A stretch of 64,000 bases of DNA. Source: Anaerolineales bacterium (GTDB taxonomy: Bacteria > Chloroflexota > Anaerolineae > Anaerolineales > RBG-16-64-43). The notes beneath the pieces were generated by a model. The model had not been told where the DNA came from and did no database searches. It worked only from the letters and a program-made list of their open reading frames with translations. The stretch is taken from the NCBI GenBank assembly GCA_016928575.1, contig JAFGKK010000068.1, forward strand, positions 26,319 to 90,318, in the 5' to 3' direction. A program made the translations under genes and the position numbers. Positions 26,637 through 36,108 of the stretch are shown here, in pieces; positions within the stretch are counted from its first letter, which is position 1, and every line of letters starts with the position of its first letter.

Positions 26637-28682
26637 ATGGACCCCACCAACGCGTCCCAGCGGCTGGAAGAGTTGAAGCGGCGCATCCAATATCATTCCT
26701 ACCAGTATCATGTGATGGATTCTCCCGTTATCAGCGACGCCGAATACGACGCGATGATGCGCGAATTAACCGCCCTCGAGGCGCGATACCCTGAATTAAA
26801 AACCCCCGATTCGCCGACCCAACGAGTTGGCGGATCCGTCTCGGAAAAATTCAACCGCACCGCCCATCCCCATCCGGTATTGAGTCTCGGAAACGCGTTC
26901 CACCCCGATGATCTTCGCGGCTGGTTCGACCGGATCATGAAGCTGTCACCCGATGTAGCCCGCGCCGGCTTTGTGATCGAACCGAAAATCGACGGGCTGA
27001 CCGTGATCCTTCACTACAACGAGGGCGTGTTCCGGTTGGGGGCGACCCGGGGCGACGGCCTGGAGGGGGAGGACATCACCCCGAACCTGCGGACCATCCG
27101 GTCCTTGCCGCTGCGAATCCCCGCGGATCCGCACGTACGCCGCATCCCGCCGCGGCGGTTGGTGGTTCGGGGGGAAGCGTTCATACCGGTCGCCGAATTC
27201 GAGGCCTTGAACGAAAGATTGGCCCGCGAGGGGGAAAAGGTGTATGTCAATCCACGCAATGCGGCGGCCGGGGCTTTGCGCCAATTGGATTCCAGCCTGA
27301 CGGCGCGGCGGCCGATCGACGTGTTGTGTTATTCCGTTCTCGTGTGGGAGGGGGCGAACCGGCCCGCGACCCAAATCCAAACCCTGGCTGTGCTGAAGGA
27401 ATTGGGCTTTCCCGTACCCGCCATGGCAGAGCGGGCGGCGACCATTGAGGAAGCGATCCGCATTTGCGGATCCTTCGAGGAGCGTAGGAATTCCTTTAAA
27501 TTCGAAACCGACGGATTGGTGGTGAAACTCGACGATCTGGCGTTGGCCGACCGGCTAGGGTATGTCGGCAAGGATCCCCGGGGCGCCATCGCCTATAAGT
27601 TCGCCGCCCGTGAGGTCAGCACCCGGCTCCAGGATATCGGCGTAAACGTCGGCCGGACCGGCGTCCTCACCCCGTATGCCGTCCTCGAACCGGTCGCTGT
27701 TGGCGGGGTGACCGTCAGCCGGGCCACCCTTCACAACTTCGATTTCATTCGTGAGCGCGACATCCGCATCGGGGACCGGGTGATGATCAAGCGGGCGGGG
27801 GAGGTGATTCCTTACGTCATCGGCCCCATACCCGATGCGCGCACGGGATCGGAGCGGGTTTACTTGCCCCCCAAACGGTGCCCGTCCTGCCAGGAAGAAG
27901 TCCGCAAAGAGGAAGGGGAGGTGGCCTATTATTGCATCAATTCCGCCTGTCCCGACCAATTGGTCCGCCATCTGGAGCATTTTGCCTCGCGGACCGCGAT
28001 GGATATCGAAGGGCTGGGAATAAAAATCGTCGAACAACTCGTCCAATCCGGCTTGGTGAAGGATTTGGCGGGATTGTACGATCTAACCGCCGAGGACCTG
28101 CTTTCGCTCGAAGGATTTGCGGAAAAAAAAGCGGATAACTTGGTGGCGTCGATCGCGGCATCAAAAAAACGCCCGCTGAACCGCCTGCTCGTCGGATTGG
28201 GCATTCCGGGCGTGGGCGAAGTTTTGGCCGGAGACCTGGCGAGGGAGTTCGGGGATGTCTCCGCGCTGGGAAACGCTTCCTCGGATCGGCTTCAGCAAAT
28301 CGACGGCGTCGGGCCGAACCTCGCCGAGGAAATTTTGGATTGGTTCTCGCGCAAGCCGAACCGCCGGCTATTGGAGCGATTTCGGAAAAAGGAAATTTGG
28401 CCGTCGTTTCGCCCGGAGTCTGCGCCCGCAGCACCGCAGACACTGGCCGGTAAAACGTTTGTCATCACCGGAACTCTCAGCAGGTATTCCCGCGAAGAAG
28501 CCAAACGCCGGATCGAATCTCACGGCGGCAAGGTTTCCGAAAGCGTAACAAAGAAAACCGGTTATGTGGTCGTCGGAGACGCGCCGGGCTCAAAACTGCA
28601 AAAAGCTCAAAAGTTGAATATCCCCACGCTCGACGAGGAAACCTTGGAAAAAATGATCTCTTCGAAGGAGAGACAGGCTTGA
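26637..28682 (+). CDS. ligA: NAD-dependent DNA ligase
   Basis: The adenylation motif is EPKIDG. A Cys4 zinc finger (CPSCQ ... CINSACP), HhH repeats and a C-terminal BRCT domain are present. Confidence 0.95.
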   Translation: MDPTNASQRLEELKRRIQYHSYQYHVMDSPVISDAEYDAMMRELTALEARYPELKTPDSPTQRVGGSVSEKFNRTAHPHPVLSLGNAFHPDDLRGWFDRIMKLSPDVARAGFVIEPKIDGLTVILHYNEGVFRLGATRGDGLEGEDITPNLRTIRSLPLRIPADPHVRRIPPRRLVVRGEAFIPVAEFEALNERLAREGEKVYVNPRNAAAGALRQLDSSLTARRPIDVLCYSVLVWEGANRPATQIQTLAVLKELGFPVPAMAERAATIEEAIRICGSFEERRNSFKFETDGLVVKLDDLALADRLGYVGKDPRGAIAYKFAAREVSTRLQDIGVNVGRTGVLTPYAVLEPVAVGGVTVSRATLHNFDFIRERDIRIGDRVMIKRAGEVIPYVIGPIPDARTGSERVYLPPKRCPSCQEEVRKEEGEVAYYCINSACPDQLVRHLEHFASRTAMDIEGLGIKIVEQLVQSGLVKDLAGLYDLTAEDLLSLEGFAEKKADNLVASIAASKKRPLNRLLVGLGIPGVGEVLAGDLAREFGDVSALGNASSDRLQQIDGVGPNLAEEILDWFSRKPNRRLLERFRKKEIWPSFRPESAPAAPQTLAGKTFVITGTLSRYSREEAKRRIESHGGKVSESVTKKTGYVVVGDAPGSKLQKAQKLNIPTLDEETLEKMISSKERQA

Positions 28683-29878
28683 CGGAAGCGGGGTTGGTTT
28701 TGAAAGCCGGACGGGAAAAATCCGTACGCCAGAGGCATCCGTGGATTTTTTCCGGAGCGATAGACCGTATCGTAGGCGGACCGGGCAGGGGGGATACGGT
28801 CGACGTACTCAGCCAAGGCGGATCATGGCTTGCCAAAGCCGGATACAGCCCGGAATCCCAGATCAGAGCACGGATTTGGACATGGGACCGGGATCACGCC
28901 ATTGACGAAAGCTTCTTTGAAGCCGCACTGCGGGAGGCGGATTCTTTCCGGCGGCCGCTGGAGGCTTACACAGACGGATACCGCCTGGTCAACGCGGAGA
29001 ACGACGGACTGCCCGGCCTGGTCATCGACCGGTATGGGGGATACTTCACCGTCCAGTTCTTATCCGCGCCGGCTGAAAAACACAAACCCGCGGTTACCAA
29101 TATTCTTTCACGGTTCGAAAAAACCCAAGGGATTTTTGAAAGGTCCGATGCCGACGTTCGGAGCAAGGAAGGACTTCCGCCCGCGACCGGCGTCTTGTGG
29201 GGATCGGAACCGCCGCAAACGGTAAACATTCGGGAAGGGAATTGGAAATTCATAGTAGACTTGCGGCAAGGGCACAAAACGGGGTTCTATCTGGATCAAA
29301 GGGATAATCGCATGCTCGTCCGCGACCTGGTTTCGCAATTCGCCCGCGGAGGAGAAATTTTAAATGTTTTTTCTTATACCGGAGCTTTCGCCGTGGCGGC
29401 GTATTCCGGAGGGGCCGGGCGTGTAATTAACGTCGATTCCTCCCCGGCCATGCTGTCCATCGCATCTGGCCAATTAGCGCTGAACGGCATGCCGGCAGGG
29501 AAGGACTCTATTCTGGAAGGCAATGCGTTCGAGGTTTTGAGACAACTCCGAGATGAAAAGCGCCTTTTCGATCTCGTCATTTTGGATCCTCCCAAATTCG
29601 CAGTAAATCAAAAAGATATTCGCAGAGCATCCAGGGCTTATAAGGATATCAATTGGTTAGCTATGCGAATATTGAGGAAAAACGGGATTTTATTGACATT
29701 TTCATGTTCCGGGCTTGTCAGTGAGGATCTTTTTCAGAAAATCGTTTTTTCGGCGGCGATCGACGCCGGGAGGGATGCGCAAATCATCGGCCGTTGCGGA
29801 CAACCTTCGGACCATCCGGTGCGATTGACCTTTCCGGAGGGGCGATATCTTAAAGGTCTCGTCTGCCGGGTGCCCTAA
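28679..29878 (+). CDS. rlmI: Class I SAM-dependent rRNA methyltransferase, RlmI-like
   Basis: N-terminal PUA-like region (LKAGREKSVRQRHPWIFSGAI) and a SAM-binding region (LNVFSYTGAF ... ILDPPKF). The start overlaps the ligA stop. Confidence 0.8.
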   Translation: MTEAGLVLKAGREKSVRQRHPWIFSGAIDRIVGGPGRGDTVDVLSQGGSWLAKAGYSPESQIRARIWTWDRDHAIDESFFEAALREADSFRRPLEAYTDGYRLVNAENDGLPGLVIDRYGGYFTVQFLSAPAEKHKPAVTNILSRFEKTQGIFERSDADVRSKEGLPPATGVLWGSEPPQTVNIREGNWKFIVDLRQGHKTGFYLDQRDNRMLVRDLVSQFARGGEILNVFSYTGAFAVAAYSGGAGRVINVDSSPAMLSIASGQLALNGMPAGKDSILEGNAFEVLRQLRDEKRLFDLVILDPPKFAVNQKDIRRASRAYKDINWLAMRILRKNGILLTFSCSGLVSEDLFQKIVFSAAIDAGRDAQIIGRCGQPSDHPVRLTFPEGRYLKGLVCRVP

Positions 29879-29967
29879 TGTGGACTACTGGATCTACTTG
29901 CTGGGATGCAATCCGCTTGCCAAAACATGAGTCCGGCCGAGAAAGCGTAGCTGATCCGCCGGTAATT

Positions 29968-30068
29968 GTCATGCCGGGGTCATTCTAGCTGGCAGCCATT
30001 GAATGTCAAAAATCACTGGATCCCGGCTCCGAGCATCACCGCTCCGCGAGGGCCGGCGCCGGGATGAC
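29968..30068. repeat. Palindromic intergenic element, copy A (GTCATGCC ... GGGATGAC type)
   Basis: The termini GTCATGCCGG and CCGGGATGAC are inverted repeats. There is an internal 8-bp stem ATCCCGGC/GCCGGGAT (30020-30027 and 30058-30065). The right arm closely matches the element at 58322-58475. Confidence 0.45.
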
Positions 30069-30140
30069 GAATAAAACCAAAAACGCAAGCAACGTTTTTT
30101 TGTAATTATTAACGAAAGTAGACAGCCTGAGCAGGGCCAA

Positions 30141-30806
30141 TTAATTTTTTATTTCCACGCCGCCGAACATTGCCAGACATCGGACCGTAAGGACCGGTCC
30201 TTCCGCAACGGGAGCGGGATTTGTGTTGTTTGACCAACCGCCGAAGACGGGCAATCCGTCGATGTCCAAACGCCAATCTTTCGGAACGATGACGTCGATT
30301 CCGCCGAACGCCGCTGTCAATTCCAAATACCCTCCTTCCGGCGCCAGTACAGCCGAGCGTAAATCTAGATCGATTCCTCCGAAAAGGACCGTCGCCGAAC
30401 CGCCGTCGAATTCCGCGGACGGGTGGCGGATATCCATACCGCCGAAGACTATAAAATGCTGGAACGGCGCATGGCTTTTTCCAGCGGAGCCACCGGGAAG
30501 CCTCGGGCGCAACAGCACCAGCGCGCCCAGCAGGATCAGAAGGATTGGCCCCGCCAAACCCCAGGCTTCACCTCCGAGGATACCAAGCATGAGAATTTGC
30601 AGAAGGACCCCGGCCAAAACGATAATCATTCCACCGATCCTAGTGGAGCTCCGGGTAAGGAGAATAACCGCTCCCAGCAGAATGATGGCCAACGGCCACA
30701 AGCGTGCGATCCACGATCCCAACGCCAACTCTGGAAACTGGCGGTCGAGGAACAGCCCGCCTCCAAGCAATACCAGGACGGAGCCAAACCAATAACGCAT
30801 TGCCAT
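30141..30806 (-). CDS. LiaF-like membrane protein (cell-wall-active antibiotic response, DUF2154-like C-terminus)
   Basis: ATG at 30806 follows a GAGGAAGG RBS. Four N-terminal TM helices are followed by a beta-rich C-terminus with repeated FGG motifs (VFGGMDI, LFGGIDLDL, AFGGIDVIVP, MFGGVEIKN). Confidence 0.55.
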   Translation of the reverse strand: MAMRYWFGSVLVLLGGGLFLDRQFPELALGSWIARLWPLAIILLGAVILLTRSSTRIGGMIIVLAGVLLQILMLGILGGEAWGLAGPILLILLGALVLLRPRLPGGSAGKSHAPFQHFIVFGGMDIRHPSAEFDGGSATVLFGGIDLDLRSAVLAPEGGYLELTAAFGGIDVIVPKDWRLDIDGLPVFGGWSNNTNPAPVAEGPVLTVRCLAMFGGVEIKN

Positions 30807-30874
30807 GGGATGTCCTTCCTCTATTGGCAAAAACCAAACGGGAAACGGTTTCCCGTTTCCCGACGAACGATCAG

Positions 30875-31264
30875 TGGAGATGGCGGGAATCGAACCCGCG
30901 TCCGAGAAGACTCGGCACCGGACCTCTACAGGCTTAGCCGGACATTTTTTCTCGTCGACCGGCTGCCTGCCCGGCAAGGAAAACCGATCGACCATCCACT
31001 CGGACCCGAAAGCCCTCTTTCGCTTGCGCCGCGGATTCGCAAACGGCACTCCGGCTTTCTCACGCCCGCTTCCCTCCCAGCCGGAGGTAGGGAGGGGCGA
31101 ACGTGACCCCGCTAGGGGTCAGGCTCTATGTAGCGGGTTAAGCCGCAACAGGAAGAGCAGAGTAAGTGCGGTTGGCACTTGAAGGGTTGCGCTGATTTTT
31201 CGAGGTCGGCGCCTCTCGGCCTGCCATCCGGGACCAGCCTCTTCCGTCGAAGCCTGTCATCCCC
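30875..31264 (-). ncRNA. ssrA: tmRNA (SsrA)
   Basis: The 5-prime end is GGGGATGACAGGCTTCGACGG and the 3-prime end is GGACGCGGGTTCGATTCCCGCCATCTCCA. The acceptor stem has a G3:U wobble. The tag reading frame GCC AAC CGC ACT TAC TCT GCT CTT CCT GTT GCG GCT TAA gives ANRTYSALPVAA (31138-31176). smpB lies directly upstream. Confidence 0.93.
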
Positions 31265-31285
31265 GTAGCAAGCATTATAACATTT

Positions 31286-31744
31286 TTATCCGCGTCCGCT
31301 CAACGCCCGGCGCATGTCCCGTTCCGCGTCCCGCTTGGCGATCGCCTGCCGTTTATCGTATTTCTTCAACCCGCGCCCAAGGCCGATCTCGACCTTGGCC
31401 AGCCCCTTCTTCAGGTATACCCGCAACGGAACGATGGCCAGTCCCTTCTGTTGTTGGGCTTCCTGCAAGCGGATTATCTCTTTGCGGTGCAGGAGAAGGC
31501 GCTTTTTCCGGAGGGGATCATGGTTGGCCAGGCTGGCCGGATCGTAGGGAGCGATATGCACGCCGAGAAGCCAAGCCTGCCGGCCCTCGATGAGGATGTA
31601 TCCCTCCTTCAGATTGATCTGTCCGGCGCGGATGGACTTGATTTCGCTGCCGAACAAAGCGATGCCCGCCTCGATCCTATCCAGGATGGCGTAATCATGC
31701 GTCGCTTTGCGGTTGCTTGCCACCACCTTGACGTGTTCGTCCAC
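31286..31744 (-). CDS. smpB: SsrA-binding protein SmpB
   Basis: GTG at 31744 follows a GGAG RBS. The sequence VASNRKATHDYAILDRIEAGIALFGSEIKSIR is typical SmpB. The track ORF extends 93 codons further upstream. Confidence 0.9.
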   Translation of the reverse strand: MDEHVKVVASNRKATHDYAILDRIEAGIALFGSEIKSIRAGQINLKEGYILIEGRQAWLLGVHIAPYDPASLANHDPLRKKRLLLHRKEIIRLQEAQQQKGLAIVPLRVYLKKGLAKVEIGLGRGLKKYDKRQAIAKRDAERDMRRALSGRG

Positions 31745-31984
31745 GCGATTTCTCCATGATCTTTTCCGGCCCGGACGCAAGCGATAACGAAGGAGCGGGT
31801 TATTGTATCGTAAAAAGAGGGGGCGGACGATGGAAGGTGCCGCCGTGCGGACCTCCCGTTCCGAACGATCGGGATATCCCTCCAAAGCGGCGGGCATGGT
31901 CCACCGCCGCCGGCCGGGTATAATTTCGCCCGTTGCCAAGTATCCGGCTTCCGCATTTCCCACCCCTTCCGACAGGAGACCTTC

Positions 31985-32341
31985 TTGGGCAGAGTCATCC
32001 ATACCACTAATCCGACCCGGCAACGAAAAGCGATCTTGAAAAAAATGAGCCTCGCCATCGGGGAATTTCTTCGCTCAAAAAACCAAGGAAACAGCGCGGC
32101 AGAAACGGCGGCGGTCCTGATCCAGGGCCTGCAAGAAATCCGCGAGTCCGTCAACCGGACGGCCGAAGCGTGGGAGAAAAGGGATTATTGGGTGAAAGCG
32201 GACGCCTTCCGCAGGCAATGGTCTTGGGTTGAAAGACACGAATCGAATTTAACACGATGCCTGCCGTCGGCGGACAGCGACGGCATGCTAGGGGAAATTC
32301 TTGCCTTGGGGGAAAGGTTGTCCGCCATCCGGAGTGGATGA
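31985..32341 (+). CDS. Hypothetical small soluble protein
   Basis: Codon usage is consistent with its neighbours. The gene is divergent from smpB. The start is uncertain (TTG at 31985 or ATG at 32045). No recognisable motif. Confidence 0.4.
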   Translation: MGRVIHTTNPTRQRKAILKKMSLAIGEFLRSKNQGNSAAETAAVLIQGLQEIRESVNRTAEAWEKRDYWVKADAFRRQWSWVERHESNLTRCLPSADSDGMLGEILALGERLSAIRSG

Positions 32342-32385
32342 CGCCGCGGTGCGACCGGTTTTCCAGGCCGGGCAAAAACCGGAAG

Positions 32386-33474
32386 TCATTCCCCCATCCT
32401 GGGGATACCGTCGACGAGATTCAGCCGGATCAGGTTGTATTCCACCGGTGCGCCGGGGTACACCTTCACCCACAGAATGGCGCTGCGGTTCGCCTTGCCG
32501 TCGAATTCATCGAAGACGAAGTTCCCCAAACTATAGAAAATCCGCCCCCCTCGGTATTCCTCCTCCCCCTGAAGGACGTGCGGATGCGAGCCGACCACCA
32601 AGTCCGCGCCGTAATCGATCGCCAGGCGGGATAGTTGGATTTGCCGCGGGTTGGGCACATCGACCCCCTCGTCGCCGTAATGGAAAAGAACGACGAGAAA
32701 ATCCGAAACCGGGGAAACGGCTTCAAGATCGCGGATGATTTTATCGTCATCAGCCCAGGAAATTCCGGGGGTGTCCGGCCCGGCGGTCCAGCTTTTCGGA
32801 TCGAACCCGCCGGTGTACTCCTTGGGCACTTCGGCGTATGCCAGAAAGGCCAGCCGCAAGCCGCCCACGGTGAACACCGCCGGCGCCCGCGCCTGGGCGT
32901 CATTGAATCCCGCTCCCACATGCGCCAACCCGTTGGATTCCAACATGGCCATAGTTTGCTCGAACGCCTCGATACCGTAGTCAAAACTGTGGTTGTTGGC
33001 CAGCGACAGCAGACCGAACCCGGCGCGTTTGAGAAGGGCGGCGGATTCCGGCGGCGCCAGGAAGGTGTAGTATTTCGGCGCTTTAACGCCGTCCTCCCCG
33101 ATCGCGCATTCCAAGTTTCCAACCGCCAGGTCGGCCGCTTGAAGGATGGGTTCGACCGAGGCGAAGACCGCATCCCCGCGCCGGATCCGATCGCCGATCG
33201 AGCGGCCGAGCATGATGTCGCCCACGAACGCCAATTCGGCGCCGGCGGAGGAATCGGTCGGAGAAGGGGAGGGCGGGATGGCCGATCGCTCCTCCGGCTC
33301 GGGCAAAGTCGTCCTGGTCGGAACGGGGAACGAATTCGTCGGGGCGGCGGTTGTGTCCGCCGGATCCGAACTCTGCGGGGAAATGCTTGCGGCGACCGCC
33401 TCCCCGCGAGGCGCAGGGCCCCGGCAACCCCACAACAGCAGGACCATTGCGCATACAGCGGTTGGCCGTTTCAT
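32386..33474 (-). CDS. CapA-family (poly-gamma-glutamate synthesis / metallophosphatase-like) lipoprotein
   Basis: A lipobox-like signal (VLLLWGC) is present. PGA_cap motifs are FVGDIMLGR, LANNHSFDYG and VVGSHPHV. Confidence 0.8.
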   Translation of the reverse strand: MKRPTAVCAMVLLLWGCRGPAPRGEAVAASISPQSSDPADTTAAPTNSFPVPTRTTLPEPEERSAIPPSPSPTDSSAGAELAFVGDIMLGRSIGDRIRRGDAVFASVEPILQAADLAVGNLECAIGEDGVKAPKYYTFLAPPESAALLKRAGFGLLSLANNHSFDYGIEAFEQTMAMLESNGLAHVGAGFNDAQARAPAVFTVGGLRLAFLAYAEVPKEYTGGFDPKSWTAGPDTPGISWADDDKIIRDLEAVSPVSDFLVVLFHYGDEGVDVPNPRQIQLSRLAIDYGADLVVGSHPHVLQGEEEYRGGRIFYSLGNFVFDEFDGKANRSAILWVKVYPGAPVEYNLIRLNLVDGIPRMGE

Positions 33475-33485
33475 GGCGCGTCCGT

Positions 33486-34814
33486 CTACTCCTTATTCCG
33501 CCGATCGGCAAGCTGGTATTCGCGGAATTCCGCCAAGCAAAAACCGGGGATCCGGCCCGACACCAGGATCCCGTCCTCCCGGTGGACGAGGTTTTCGACG
33601 GAACCCTCCTTGTAAAACACGTGCAAGAGTCGTCCGGCGTTGAGCGGGAGTTTCACCCGGATATAGCGCATCCGATTGTAAAGCGATTTTTCGATCGTCT
33701 CCAGGAGCGCGGGGATTCCGTTTCCGTTAAGCGCCGAAAGCATGACGGTGTTCGGATACAACCTTGTCAGCGGCTCATCGCGGAAATCGGGAAGGAGATC
33801 GATCTTGTTGATCGCCGTGATGACGGGGTAATCCCGCAATCCGAGGGCCTGCAGGGTTTGCTGGACGGCATCGACCTGCTGGCGCGCGTTGGGATGCGAG
33901 ATGTCGACCACGTGCAGAAGGAGGTCCGCCTCGGAGATTTCCTCCAGCGTGGCGCGGAACGCGGCGATCAAAGAAGCGGGCAGCTTTTGGATGAATCCGA
34001 CCGTATCGGTCAGCAGAATGGTTTTCCCGCCCGGCAGGCGGACCCGCCGCGTTGTTGGGTCGAGGGTCGCAAACAGCTGGTCGGCGACATACACGCCCGC
34101 ATCGGTGAGCCGGTTCAGGAGCGTGCTTTTTCCGGCGTTGGTATACCCGACCAACGCCACCACCGCGATTCCGGACCGTTTCCTCCGGCTGCGGTATCGA
34201 AGGCGGTGATCGCGGACGTTTTCCAATTCCGTTTTCAGATGGACGATCTTCCGGGCGATTTCCCGTTTGTCGATTTCCAACTGGGTTTCCCCCGGGCCGC
34301 GTAAGCCGACACCTCCGGTTCCGCCGCGGCCCGCCGCGCCCCCGGCTTGCCGGGCCAAGTGGGTCCAGGCTCGGGTCAGGCGCGGAAGACGATATTCATA
34401 TTGGGCCAATTCCACCTGCAAGGACCCCTCGCGGGTATGGGCGTGCTGGGCGAAGATGTCGAGGATCAATGCCGTCCGGTCCAGAACATGAACCGCGTCC
34501 CCCAACTCCTTCTGCAATTCGCGAAGGTGACGGGGAGAAAGCTCTTCGTCGAATACGACGATTCCGGCCCGGGTTTCTTCCACCCAACGCTTGAGTTCCG
34601 TCACCTTGCCGGATCCGATCAGGGTGGCGGTATCCGGTTTAGCGATCCGCTGGAAATCCCGGCCGGCCACGTCCATCCCCGCGGTTCGGCACAACACTTC
34701 CAATTCGTCGAGGCTGTCCTGCAAGGAAAGGACGGCCGGCCGGCCTTTCCAATCGATTCCGAACAGGAAGGCCAGCGGTTTTTTATCGGTAGAAATGGTT
34801 TTCGTTCGCGGCAT
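33486..34814 (-). CDS. hflX: GTPase HflX
   Basis: The G1 motif is GYTNAGKSTLLN and G3 is DTVGF. An N-terminal HflX domain is present. Start is taken at the ATG at 34814 (MPRTKT). Confidence 0.9.
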   Translation of the reverse strand: MPRTKTISTDKKPLAFLFGIDWKGRPAVLSLQDSLDELEVLCRTAGMDVAGRDFQRIAKPDTATLIGSGKVTELKRWVEETRAGIVVFDEELSPRHLRELQKELGDAVHVLDRTALILDIFAQHAHTREGSLQVELAQYEYRLPRLTRAWTHLARQAGGAAGRGGTGGVGLRGPGETQLEIDKREIARKIVHLKTELENVRDHRLRYRSRRKRSGIAVVALVGYTNAGKSTLLNRLTDAGVYVADQLFATLDPTTRRVRLPGGKTILLTDTVGFIQKLPASLIAAFRATLEEISEADLLLHVVDISHPNARQQVDAVQQTLQALGLRDYPVITAINKIDLLPDFRDEPLTRLYPNTVMLSALNGNGIPALLETIEKSLYNRMRYIRVKLPLNAGRLLHVFYKEGSVENLVHREDGILVSGRIPGFCLAEFREYQLADRRNKE

Positions 34815-35055
34815 GTTTTCGTTTTTCTCACGGGCGGGAGGCCGGTCCCGATCCGCGGAGCGACGAATCCTCCGAAGCGGGCTTGTCAATGGCAACCGGG
34901 GGAAACGCCGGTATGCCGCCCGGCGGTTCATTATAAACGGAAGCGATCTGCGCGAGCGGACGAAAGCCTTCCGCCATCCGCGGCCGAGGGTCTGGTCCGG
35001 TAAGAGGATGGTAGAATTCGCCCAGGGGATTTTGCGATACATCGGAGAGACATCA

Positions 35056-36108
35056 ATGGCTTGGAGTGGAGTGATCCCTACCTACCGGGAATGGATCGAT
35101 CTTCCCGCAAGTGCGCCGGTCATCTCGCTGCTCGAAGGGAATACGCCGCTGATTCCCCTCCCGCGGTTGGCGAAGCAATTAGGCAAGGGAGTGTCGCTGT
35201 ATGCTAAGTTCGAAGGGCTGAATCCCACCGGTTCGTTCAAAGACCGGGGCATGACCGTCGCCATCAGCGAGGCCGTGGGACGGAAGGTGAAATCCGTCAT
35301 CTGCGCTTCGACCGGAAACACCGCCGCCTCCGCCGCGGCGTACGCCGCCCGCTCGGGGATCCAATGCATCGTCCTCATCCCGCAAGGGAAAGTGGCGATG
35401 GGCAAACTGGCCGGCGCGATCGCCTACGGTTCCAGAGTCATCCAAATCGAAGGATCGTTCGACGACGCCCTGACGCTGGTGGTGCAGATCAGCCAAAAAC
35501 ATTCCATCGCGCTAGTCAATTCGCTTAATCCCTACCGGCTGGAAGGACAAAAAACCGGCGCTTTTGAAATCTGCGACGCTTTGGGAAAAGCGCCGGATTG
35601 GTTCTGCCTGCCGGTCGGAAACGCCGGAAACATCACCTCCTATTGGATGGGGTTTCAGCAGTATCATCGGGCGAAGAACACCGGATTGCCGCGCATCCTG
35701 GGCGTTCAAGCCGAAGGATCCGCGCCGCTGGTTCTCGGCCATCCGGTGGAGAATCCGGAAACGGTCGCCACCGCCATCCGGATCGGAAAGCCCGCGCGCG
35801 GAGAACAGGCGCTGGAAGCCGCCCAGGAATCCGGCGGCCGGATCATCGCGGAAAGCGACGAGGCCATCTTGGAGATGCAATCCGCGCTGGCCGGCGAAGG
35901 CTTGTGGGTGGAACCGGCGTCCGCAGCGGGTTTGGCCGGCCTGCTTCACGATGTCCGCTCCGGCGCACTGACGCTTGAGGGCCAGACGGTGGTCGCCGTT
36001 TGCACCGGCCATGGGCTAAAGGACCCCGATATCGTCGCCCGACGGGCGCCGTCGATCCAATTGCTGCGTCCCGTTCTCGGCGATTTGGAGCAAGCCCTCC
36101 TCGGATGA
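35056..36108 (+). CDS. thrC: Threonine synthase
   Basis: The PLP-lysine motif is GSFKDRG. The N-terminus reads LLEGNTPLIPL. ATG at 35056; the track start at 34591 runs antisense into hflX. Confidence 0.9.
   Translation: MAWSGVIPTYREWIDLPASAPVISLLEGNTPLIPLPRLAKQLGKGVSLYAKFEGLNPTGSFKDRGMTVAISEAVGRKVKSVICASTGNTAASAAAYAARSGIQCIVLIPQGKVAMGKLAGAIAYGSRVIQIEGSFDDALTLVVQISQKHSIALVNSLNPYRLEGQKTGAFEICDALGKAPDWFCLPVGNAGNITSYWMGFQQYHRAKNTGLPRILGVQAEGSAPLVLGHPVENPETVATAIRIGKPARGEQALEAAQESGGRIIAESDEAILEMQSALAGEGLWVEPASAAGLAGLLHDVRSGALTLEGQTVVAVCTGHGLKDPDIVARRAPSIQLLRPVLGDLEQALLG

Noticed and set aside
29879-30875. Genomic island inserted at the tmRNA 3-prime end
   Set aside because: There is no integrase and no direct repeat of the ssrA terminus. 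Only one small gene lies between ssrA and rlmI.
30807-31049. Upstream extension of the LiaF-like ORF
   Set aside because: It overlaps the 3-prime portion of the tmRNA gene. A good RBS and ATG exist at 30806.
31745-32023. 93-codon upstream extension of smpB
   Set aside because: SmpB homology starts at the GTG at 31744, which has a GGAG RBS. The extension is not protein-like.
34591-35055. 155-codon upstream extension of thrC
   Set aside because: It runs antisense through the hflX 5-prime end. ThrC similarity begins at the ATG at 35056.
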